The position numbers were made by a program, and so were the translations under genes. From Diplonema japonicum (Eukaryota; Protista; Euglenozoa: Diplonemea), in assembly GCA_964019335.1 (NCBI GenBank), contig OZ025672.1, positions 310,001-374,000 on the forward strand: a stretch of DNA of 64,000 nucleotides, written 5' to 3'. How positions within the stretch are numbered: position 1 is the stretch's first letter; every line of letters begins with the position of its first letter. The notes under the pieces were generated by a model. That model searched no databases. It was not told where the DNA came from and saw only the letters and a program-made list of their open reading frames with translations. Shown one piece after another: positions 29,666-39,500 of this stretch.

Positions 29666-31452
29666 TTTTTTGTGCTATTTTTTTTTTTTTTTATTCCCCA
29701 CCCCCTTCCCCTTTCTGTAGGCAGGTTGGAGAAAAGCGGGAAGACGAAAAAAAAAAGGGTGGAAAGTAAAGTATAAGTGTCAATAAAATCATTAGTTGCG
29801 TGCGAGACAAAAAGAAAAGAAACAAAAAATGGCGGGGGCTCCAGTCCCTCCCGCATGGGAACGGAGATTAAGGGGGGGGGGAAGAAAAAGTGTCGGGGCT
29901 TCTTGTAATTTTGTGTCCACACAATACAATGCATACTGTGCTCCCCCACTGCTGTTAAGTGCAAAGAAGGAGGAAAAAAAGAAGAAACAAAAAAAAAAAA
30001 AAAAAAAAAAAACGAGAGTTAGATGGCATTTGATGGAAATATAAAAGAAAAATAATAATAACAATAAAATAAAATAAAAAACCAGAATGGGTCAAACAAA
30101 ATATTTTCTTCTTTTTCCCCCCCTTTTTTTTTTCTTCCCTTCTCCTTCAAAATACACTTAGTGCCGAGCAAGGGGGGTAAATACCCCCTTCCCTTTTTCA
30201 AGGAGGGTGTAGCCTTAAGGTTTCTGGTGATCACCGAAATATCATTTTGTTCTATGGAATTTGCCTGTCCAAGGCAGGCTCCGTGACTACTCTGAGATAT
30301 AAAGTATAAATTTCTTTTTCTTTGTTTCTTCTTCTTTTAATTCCCCCCTTTCCTTTCATTACTTTTCTTTGTTTTAAACCTGACGGGTGAAACATCTTAT
30401 TTCCCTTTTTTTTTTTTTTTCGCTTAAAGGGAAAAAAAGCAAGTTAAGCGGAGATTCTTTTTATATTCTTTTTATTACTTTTATAACTTCAAAGCTTATT
30501 CTTTTTTGTTTCTTTTTTTTGGGGGGGGGTGCATTTCTGCCAACGAGCCGTGGAATGAAAAGACAAAAAGAAAAAAAATCAGCAGAAGAGTATATGTCTT
30601 TGCTCATCTTTTTTTTTTCTCTCGTTGTAGCCTTCATGGAGATAGCACACACAAAAAAGGGGGTGGTGATGGTGACAAAATAAAAAATATGCCAATTGAA
30701 AGATGACTGTTTAGTAAAGCAGCGATTGCCTCAAATAGTAGAATAGTAGAATGGGTGGTGGCGAAGAGGAAGGTCTTGGGGTGGTTTTTTTTTCTTTCTT
30801 TCTTCTTTCCTTTTTCATCTCCCCCCCCCGTTACGTTTCGGTATTGCTATTGAGCAAATGATAGGTGAAGTAGAAACTAGTTTGCAGGAAACAAGTTTCT
30901 GACTCTGACTTGTCTTTGAAAAAAAAAACCCCCACGGCGATGAGAGAAAGAGGGGGGGGGGGGGGGGGGGGGGGGGAGAGGTTGTCCCTTAAGCAGAGAT
31001 GCCTCTATTTCGTGACTGTGCTCACCGTTAAAGAAAATTATGAGGGGGTGAGGGTGAGGGGAAGATAGGAAAGAGAAAAAAAAAAAAAAAAAAGAAGAAA
31101 AGTATAGCAATATGTGGGTTTTTCCACCCCGGTTTTATTTAGCATATAACACCGGGTTCTGATAAGGGAATATATATATTCGGCCCTAAATATCTAAAGA
31201 TTTTGTTGCTTTGATTACAGTTGCCTTCAAGAATCGCGCCGTGTCACGGTAGAATGCATAACATGAGTAGAATCTAATGGGCATGTGTGTAATAATGGAA
31301 AAAAGAAAAAAAAAGAAAAAGAAAACAGCGGAGATAAGTGTATTTGGCAAACAAATTCTCTGGAAATGATTTTTTCCTTTCCCTCTTCACTCGAACTCGC
31401 CATGAGCCGAAATACCTGAACACACACCTCATGTTTACCACTCCCAAGAGCT

Positions 31453-31483
<31 letters not shown>

Positions 31484-31790
31484 TTTTTTTTATAGAGACA
31501 CAGTAGTGTTAAAGTGAACAAATTATTTCTAGAATAATAATAAAAAGGAGGGGAAAAAGAAAATATAAGAGATGAAGGAGGCCAGTGTTGGTGGCGTCCT
31601 GCCTTAAAAAAAAAAGAAGGGGGGAGAAAAAAAAAGCAAAAAGCAAAATGCAACTCTCTAAACCGGCTGGAGAAATCTCTCTTGTTTTTTCATGATTTCA
31701 AGATTTCCCTTCTTGTATTTTTTTTTTTTTTTTTTTCTTAAACTTAACCAGAGATATGCAAGTGTGAGACAATAATAATTATAAAAAAAA

Positions 31791-31828
31791 ATCACTATGA
31801 TAGGAAACGAAGTGGTTAGCACGGCCCA
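31791..31828. repeat. Dispersed repeat B, copy 2 (small indels)
   Basis: ATCACTATGATAGGAAACGAAGTGGTTAGCACGGCCC, embedded between A runs. Confidence 0.88.
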
Positions 31829-31877
<49 letters not shown>

Positions 31878-32215
31878 GGCTTTGATTGCAACACTAGGTG
31901 GCGTTAAGCGTGCAATGAAGCACGAACTACCTACTTGATTACAGGGGGCGCTCCTCGGCCGAGTTGTAGCTTCTTCTGCGTTCCGCGTCGTGTCCTTAAT
32001 GCGTGCGGTGTGCTCAACCCTAGCCGGGGCGTCCCGGGTAACCAAGATTCTGCGCTCGTGCAGTTTGCTGCCTGTTCGTCACCCTGAGCATCTGCGTTAC
32101 GTTCTTCCACTCGGGCGCTACCGGTGATGACCGACGAGGAGGTCAACAGCGAACAACACATCTGATGTTTTTCTTATATTTCCATGTTATCCCCACCACC
32201 CAAAAAAAAAAAAAA

Positions 32216-32257
32216 AATTCACTATGATAGGAACGAAGTGGTTAGCAACGGCCCGCC
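32216..32257. repeat. Dispersed repeat B, copy 3 (identical to copy 1)
   Basis: Exact 42-bp match to 23342..23383, flanked by A runs. Confidence 0.9.
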
Positions 32258-34260
32258 GAAAAAAAAGAAAAACCCCCTTGAGTACACACCAACTTCGCGG
32301 TGATGATGTTAGTGCAAAGGCTTCATTGTTCAAAGAAACTTGATGAACGAAAACTAACCTAAAACCTTTTCAACTTTTAAAAGTTACAAGGGGTCATTCG
32401 TCAAGGAATTTCCCTCCTCATTCTGTGTTTGGTAATCTTTTTTTTTTTTCCTTTTAAGAAAACCTTTCTTTTGGGTGCATGTGTATTTTTGTGTGATGTG
32501 TCCCTTCTCTTTTCTTTTTTAAATTTCCACCCTTTGTCACTTTTTCTTCACATAGACCTCTCCAAGAGCAGCAATAAGTGACTCGAATGACAAATAATAA
32601 TAATCCAACCATTTCTCTCGTTACTTTCCTTTTTTTTTTCTTCCTCCCCCAAGGGGAGGGGAAAAAAAAGGGAGGGGGGAACATATATTATGACTCAGAT
32701 TCGTTAGTCTTTCGAACACAGTGTGTATTTCTTCTTTTTTTCCTTTTGTATGAAAAGAATGAGACAGCAGGGCGGAGTGAAAGGGGAAGAACAATACTTG
32801 AATTAAAAAAAAAAAAAAAAAAAAAAAAAACTAGTACCCCTCACGATTGTGCGACTTCTTGTTCTTTCTTCATTTAGCGGATGCAGGCGGGCGTCGAGAT
32901 TCGGGAGGAACATGAAATTCCTGAAAGCGAAAAATGCTGAAATTCCTGAAAAGCTCCTCAATGGCTTCAAGAAGAATACCTGGACTTTACCCAATAAAAT
33001 ACCTCATTTCGATGCCATCAACTAGTTCTTAGTCTCGACAATATCTATCTTGTCAAAAAAAAAAAAAAAAAAAAAGGAGAGAGAAAAGGCTCGATCTATT
33101 TTTTGCAGTGTGCTTGCATGAGGGCTGCCTGCTGAGTGGACACCGCCTCTGCGCGTAACAAAAAAAAAAATATTTTTTCTTGCTTCCATTTCTTTCTATT
33201 GTTGATAGGATGGCAGCCGAGGTTCTTTTTCGTGTCTTTTTGTTCTTTCTTTCCTTCCGTGTTGGCTTCCAGTGGGTTCGAGGCGCCCTCTTTGCAAGAA
33301 TCAGGGTAAAAAAAAAAAGGAAGAAAGAAACTCGACTGTACTCTCAGAGGAACGCGCTGGTTTTGTGCACACAGTTGAGAATACCCTTTTGCAGAAGGAT
33401 GTGCCCAACACATGTCATTTCGTTTCTTCACCACTCTACGAACCCTCTATTTGAGTCTATCCCAGCTTGAATTTCGAGCAATAACAAAAAACACGAAAGT
33501 AGCAGTGAGAAATGACGAAGGGGACTTGCCTTACCGGCTAGTGAGCTTCTCGACGCATCTAACCCTGATATTCGCATTTTTTCGAATAGAGAAATGATCA
33601 TGAGTTCTTCTTCGCCTTGTTCACCTCTAGAACTCCACGGGGGGGGGGGGGGGATTTTACGGGATTCTAGAATATGTAGCAATTATTCTTTTCGTTGCCT
33701 TTTTTTCCCCCCCCCTTTTTTTTTCCTCTCTCCCGAGCAACGTATTCTCAAATAATCTGGGGAGTATTCGTGCATGCAAAGTGAGACTTCTGATGCTCTC
33801 TTTGCTGCCTCAACAACAAAAATAGAAAGGGGGGGGGGGGGGGGGAGGGAGGGGAAGGTGCTTACTTTGTTGTCGTTTGTGCACACCTAAAGTTTAAAAA
33901 AAAAAAAAAAAAAGAGGGGGGAAAATAAAAATTCGCCACTGAATATCTTTTTTTTTTTTTTTTTATTATTATTATTTTATTTCACTCTTCGTCATTTTCT
34001 ATTAACTATTTCTGGCCATTCCGGCCCTTAGAAGTGGGGATAAGTGCTTTACTTCCCCCTTTAAATGCCACGGCGAAAATAGCTACCCCATATTACCGGG
34101 AAAACAGCTGTGAAAGCAGTGAAGAGTGAGTGACTCAAATGACGAAGAGTGAAATAAAACGACATTGTTTAACACTCGTTCCCGTTTTTTTTGGCCGGGC
34201 CCTCGTGCAAAAAATTCGGGAACTCGAGTTAAATAATGACTCATAATTTGTGGCAATAAA

Positions 34261-34295
<35 letters not shown>

Positions 34296-34375
34296 TTATA
34301 CCGATTTCTTTTTTCAGCATCAGATCTTTCAGATTAGACAAAAAAAAAAAAAAAAAAAAAAAAAAAGACATTTAA

Positions 34376-34404
34376 GGGGTACCTGCGGTATGTGGCAGGA
34401 GGCC
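34376..34404. repeat. Dispersed repeat A, copy 3
   Basis: TTAA|GGGGTACCTGCGGTATGTGGCAGGAGGCC. Confidence 0.65.
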
Positions 34405-34904
34405 TGATGAAGAAGAAAAAAAAAAAAAAAACTTCCTTTTTATAAGGAAGATTAAATCTTTGTTAGAACCCCTGAAGGTTTGGTTTTTTTTCTTTCTTTT
34501 AGCTCCAGCCGATAGAGGGTAGGGGGGGAGGGGGGGGTATCAAGATTCAGGTGGGCAAATAAAAAAAAGATTTTGAACTAGGTGAAGGAGACGGGGGGGC
34601 GATACAAAAGAAATAAAAGATTTCTTTCATCAAAAAAACTAACCCCCCCCCTTTTTTTTCTTTCTGCAGGAGGTTCTTCCAACAGAAGTATTGCGACGCC
34701 TATCAATTAGAACCACAAAAAAAAAAGAAGAAGAAGAGATGAGCGTACCGCTGCTCCTGAGCAATGGGGCAGCAGGCAGGCGGCAAAAATGAGCAACAAA
34801 AAATGTTGGGGAGAGGGGGGGGTAAGGAAAGATAAGAATAGAGATTTACGGGGGGGGGATGGGGTGAATGGTTGTCCTTTCCTCCCGAGGGCTGGCCGTT
34901 AATT

Positions 34905-35255
34905 CTAGCGCGCAGAGTTTGTACGCCCTAGAGGCAATTGGCACCTGCAAAGGGGGCAAGGCACTGTAGGGTAATTGAGATCGATGCATGTTCTGAACCA
35001 TTTGGATATACAGTCCATGTGGAAGGAGTGATGGCACACGGGAGTGCACACCATTTCCGTGTCTATCTCCGTGTCATGACAGATGACACAAAGCTCGTCA
35101 CCCGCACATCTTTCGTACGCTTCGACCGTTTGCTGGATTCTTTGCGCGTCGTCGTAAAAAAGACTGAGAAACTGATCCTGCCCAAAAAACGCCTTCTGTC
35201 TTCGCAAAGGCATGCAGGGGGTAGTCGGTTCGTCTTCCTGGTATTGGTTTTGCAT
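34905..35255 (-). CDS. Small RING-H2 finger protein (E3 ligase-like)
   Basis: CVIC-x14-CHH-SFH-MDC...CPLC is a C3H2C3 pattern; start MQNQYQE after an A run. Confidence 0.85.
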   Translation of the reverse strand: MQNQYQEDEPTTPCMPLRRQKAFFGQDQFLSLFYDDAQRIQQTVEAYERCAGDELCVICHDTEIDTEMVCTPVCHHSFHMDCISKWFRTCIDLNYPTVPCPLCRCQLPLGRTNSAR

Positions 35256-35475
35256 TTTTTTTTTCTCTCTCTCTTTTTTTTCCCCCCCCTTGTGTCGTCT
35301 GTGATGAGGGATAAGGTGTTGAAGGTGAAATTCAGAAATAAAAGGCAACTACGTAACAACCGGCGCTCAACGGCACCCCCACTGTACCTCTGCACAGCGG
35401 GCCCACAAGAAAAAAAGAAAGAGGGGAAGGAAAAGAAAGAAAGAAAACAAATACATAACAAGGCTAAGAAGAACC

Positions 35476-35808
35476 CTACGCCACAGCGTAGAGGGTGCGG
35501 CCCTGCTTCTTCAGGGCGAAGAGGATGTCAGCGGCACGCACGGTCTTCCTCCCTGTGAGCTCCAGGAGGGTCGCGGTGTCGGCCATCACCTTGTCCACGA
35601 AGGACCTCAGGATAGTCCTCGCTTCGTCGTAGGCGCTCGCTGCGATCCTCTTGCACCCACCACGCCTGGCGATCCTCCTGATGCTCCCCTTCGTGATCCC
35701 ACGGCTGCTGACCTTTGTGTTCCTCTTCCCGCCAGCACCCTTCGTCACGTTCTTCGACTTCGAGGTCACCGATTTCCCCTTCGCGGATGTCTTCCCTTGG
35801 CCTGCCAT
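35476..35808 (-). CDS. H4: Divergent histone H4 (variant)
   Basis: GITKGSIRRIARRGGCKRI...RKTVRAADILFALKKQGRTLY aligns with the H4 histone fold; strong GC3 bias. Confidence 0.93.
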   Translation of the reverse strand: MAGQGKTSAKGKSVTSKSKNVTKGAGGKRNTKVSSRGITKGSIRRIARRGGCKRIAASAYDEARTILRSFVDKVMADTATLLELTGRKTVRAADILFALKKQGRTLYAVA

Positions 35809-35958
35809 TTTCGAGTGTTTGTCTTTGCTTTCTGAAATATCTGGGTGGGAGTGTGAAGACTAAAGAGAACAAAAAACCAGAACAAAAAAATAAAGGGGAG
35901 AAATAATTGGCGGTAAGCACCACCCCAGCTCTGCTGGTTGTTTAAAAAGATGTCAGAA

Positions 35959-36387
35959 CTACTTCCCCTGGAGCTCGCCACGGATGCGCCTGGCGATGTT
36001 GAGGTCTAGGTGGTTGAGGGTCTGCTTCTTCCTGTGGATCTGCATCATGACGGCCGCCTGGAAGAGCCCGACCATGTAGCTCTCTGTTGCCTCCTGCACC
36101 GCCTCAAGGGCCGACGGCTTGAAGGACAGCCCTGTCTTGTAGTTATTCATGGTCTCCCTCACCAGCCTCTGGAAGGGTGCCTTCTGCAGCAGCAGCTTCG
36201 ACGTCTTCTGCAGTTTGAAGATCTCACGCAGGGCCACGGTTCCGGGCCTCCACCTCCTCTTCCCCTCGCTGCTCTCATCCTTCTTGCTCTTCTTCGACTT
36301 CTTCGATTTCTTCTCCTTCTTCGACTTCTTCTCAACCTCACCCTTTGGAGGCCTCCCTCCTGTGGACTTCAGGGACGAACGCGGCAT
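35959..36387 (-). CDS. H3: Divergent histone H3 (variant)
   Basis: RWRPGTVALREI...PFQRLVRE...QEATESYMVGLF...ARRIRGE; non-canonical N-tail. Confidence 0.94.
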   Translation of the reverse strand: MPRSSLKSTGGRPPKGEVEKKSKKEKKSKKSKKSKKDESSEGKRRWRPGTVALREIFKLQKTSKLLLQKAPFQRLVRETMNNYKTGLSFKPSALEAVQEATESYMVGLFQAAVMMQIHRKKQTLNHLDLNIARRIRGELQGK

Positions 36388-36570
36388 CTTTTAGTGTGGT
36401 AAAAGCTGTGGCGCGAATAGCGGTGGGAACCGACAATGAGGTGGAAACTGAAACTGAAACTAACATCTATTGGGGCCATTGGGCCAAACTGCTGCCCGGA
36501 TCTAGAAGCTGACACATCAGCAGCAGGCGGAACGGCAAACGTTTCAAAAAACGTGTTTTGAGATACACAT

Positions 36571-39500
36571 CTAAGAATACCTGTGGAAGGGGTTGCGCGT
36601 TAAGGGGCGCGGGTTGGGGAAGTTAGACAGATCAAGGGTCGCAGTGGACGCAGTGGTATCGAGGGTGACATCAGGGTCGGAGGCACGGAGGGTAGCCAAG
36701 GCCGACGCCAGACGGGGGTCATCATATGACACTGTGGTATCTGTGCTGTCGCGCAGCGATGCATGCCTTCGCAGGCCTGAAAGGCCTATCACAGGTTCCG
36801 TCTGCTCCCTTGCAAGCAACTTTTCTTCTAGATTCTTGTTCGCCTTCTTCAGCGCTTCGTTGCTCTTCTGCAAATTGCTCACCTCTTCCAAGAAGTCCGC
36901 ATCGAACAGGGACAAGTCCTGCTCGAGCTTCTTGCTCCTCTCTTCAAACACCTTCTTGCCCTCCTCCGCTGCCCTGCACTGTTCACGCATTCTTCTCAGT
37001 TCATCGCTCAGCAGCACCACCTCCGATTCTAGCTTCGTCACTTCCACTTCGTCTTTCTCAATCAGCAACTTCGGTGGTGCTTCCTGCAATTCCTTGAGAT
37101 CGAGGGTAAGCTTCTCGCTGATCTCTTGTTCCTTTTTGATCTTCTTCTTCAGAGAAGTAATAATAGACTCAGTGTTCCTTGCTGATGGGGTGGGTGCGGG
37201 GGGTGCCGGTGGTGGCTGCTTCTCCAACACAGCGATCTTCTCCTTCAGTGCCCTGCACTCCTTCATGAGCTCGACGTGCTTCTGGTTAGAGACACCGTTC
37301 CTCTTCAGGGTGTCGTTGTCCGACTGCAGCTTCTGGATCACCTGCTTCATGCCCTCGATGACTTGCTCGAGGTCGTGGATGTGCTTTCCCCTTACAAGTT
37401 TTTGGGCTGTGGGGCTCTGGTCCTCCTTCGGCGCGACTGTCAGCAGATCTTTCAGGTGACGCTCTGCTCTCTGTTGCGACGTTGCTGCTGTTTCCCTCGT
37501 GAACTTCAGCTGCAAGATCTCGTTCTTCGCCTCCATGAGCCTCTCTTCAAGTGACCGGAACATTACCCGCAACAACTCTACCCTGTCTGCGATGGCAGGG
37601 TTCCGCAGCTGTAGATCATTCATCACACTAAACGGCTCGCTGGGTACGTGTTCTGTGTTGGGCCCTTCTTGCAGGAATGAACTGCTCAGCTCGTGTTGCT
37701 CTACCAGGTGCTTCAGTCTTGCTTCCAATGCCTGTATTTGCTCGTCTTTATGTTTCACACTGCGCTCTAACGTCCTGATCTCTACCTCCCTGTCTAGCTC
37801 TGCCGCTCTACGCAATTTGTTGTTCTCTTCTTCGAGTTTCATGATCTCTGTCTTGAAGCTCTTCATCTTTTCAAACGTGTGCAGGTCCACAGCCCTACGG
37901 TGTAGCTCCTCATTCTTCTCATCTACTTTTTCCCTGGTGTACTTCAGCTCTTCCTGGAGCTGCCTGGCCTCCAACTTGACCTTTTCGTGCTCCACAGGTG
38001 CGACCAATGTGTTTATCTGCCGCTGCTTCTGCTTCAACTGTACGATTTGCTTCTTCAACTTTTTATTCTCTTCCCAGTACTTCATCACTTCAGGCCCAGA
38101 ACCTGGTTGGGGCATCGCCTTGGTGCTGGCGGGGGGCACACTGGAAGACCTTACAGGAGACATGCGTTTGTAGTCTCTTCGCGTGCTCTGCGTGCCCGTT
38201 ACAGCATCTTGTGCCTTGGATTCGCTGTGCTCAGACCGACTCGTGTTGACCCCAATGTCCTTTAGCGCGTCACGTGCTTGGGACTTAGCTTCTCGAGCGC
38301 GCTTGATGCGCTCCTTGCGGTTGGCCTCTTCTCGTTGTGCGTCAGTTTGTTTCTGTCAAATGTGGTGAGTGTACGGCAGCATACCTGCCGCAGCGTTCTA
38401 ATCAGCGCCTCCGACCGCGACAGCTCTGACTTCAGTTTCGTGTTCGCCTCGTTAACAGCGTCACGCTCTGCCTTGAGGGCCTCCTCGTCGGATTCATGAC
38501 TGCGCAATAGTTAGCTAAACAAACAACCATACCATCCGAGTTCTTGCAGCTTTCTCTGCAAGGTTGTGATCAGCGACTCTTGCTTCCTGATGACTCTCTC
38601 AGCCTCTGCAGTCGATCGCTGCAGGCTTTGCTCTGTAGCTGCCTTGCATGATTCCAGTTGCTTCTGGATGTTCTTCTCTTTGATCTCTGCTTCTTTTTGG
38701 GCCTCCCGAAGCTGCTTTAGTAGTGCCACCTTCACAGCACTCCACTCCGCTTTTTCTAAGACCAGCAATTCAAGCTCTTTGCTAGCGTCAGCAAAGCGTT
38801 TCTGGCGCAGCACCGAGTTCTTTCGTTCCAGTTCCTCGATGGTTTGGGTGAGTCTGCCCACCTGTCTGCGCAACATGTCTTCCTCAAACGACGGCTGCGC
38901 TGTCTGTCTGACGATTGTGTGCTCGACGGCGGTCGAGTGCGATGGGCTGTTGTGTTCCTGTTCCTGTTCCTGGGCGTGGGCATGGGCAGCCCATGCAGTG
39001 CTGGGACCTGTGACTTCCCTTGCATGCAGCTTAGCAGCATTGATCTTAGCCTTCTCAACAGCCTCTAAAGCAAGCTCCTTTGCTGACTTTTCCCTCTCCA
39101 CTTCCAGCTCTTGCATCAACTCGCTTGTCTCCTTCTTCAGTATGAGCTCCCTGTCCAGCACTCTCTCAAGATCGGTCTGCATGGCTTCTAAGCGCAGTGA
39201 CATCGACTTCACGTTGTTCGCAGCATCCTTCTGTGCTTTGTCGAACGTGCTCTGCAGCTCTTTGTCTGCCTTTTGCCTTCGAATGTGTTGGGTTTCGGCT
39301 TTGCTGGAAGTAACAAGTTCTTCTTTAAGTGCCTTAACAGAGGCCTTGTATGATTCAGTCTCTTCTTTGTGCGATGCAGTTTCTCTCTTAAGCTCCTTCA
39401 CTTGCTTGCTGAGATCAGCGATGGTTGTGTTAGCCTTGTCAGCAGTCTGCACCATATTCTGGAGGCCATCGCAGGCATCCTCTGCTGCTTTTTTCTTTCG

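Larger units (their letters stand above)
29670..34900. other. 5.2-kb gene-poor spacer rich in A/T/G homopolymers
   Basis: No credible long ORF; runs of A up to ~45 nt and G up to ~25 nt; contains repeats A and B. Confidence 0.75.

Noticed and set aside
23342-32257. Repeat B as a CRISPR repeat or a box C/D snoRNA
   Set aside because: The copies are dispersed with no regular spacers. TTCACTATGATAGGAA resembles the antisense of a conserved LSU rRNA stretch as I recall it, but no correctly placed CTGA D box follows.
29670-34900. Many short poly-K/poly-F ORFs in this and other spacers
   Set aside because: Artefacts of A/T homopolymer runs.
35959-36387. H3 variant as CENP-A/cenH3
   Set aside because: It keeps the alpha-1 Gln (PFQR) and Phe84 and has no loop-1 insertion. 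Not fully excluded, but unsupported.
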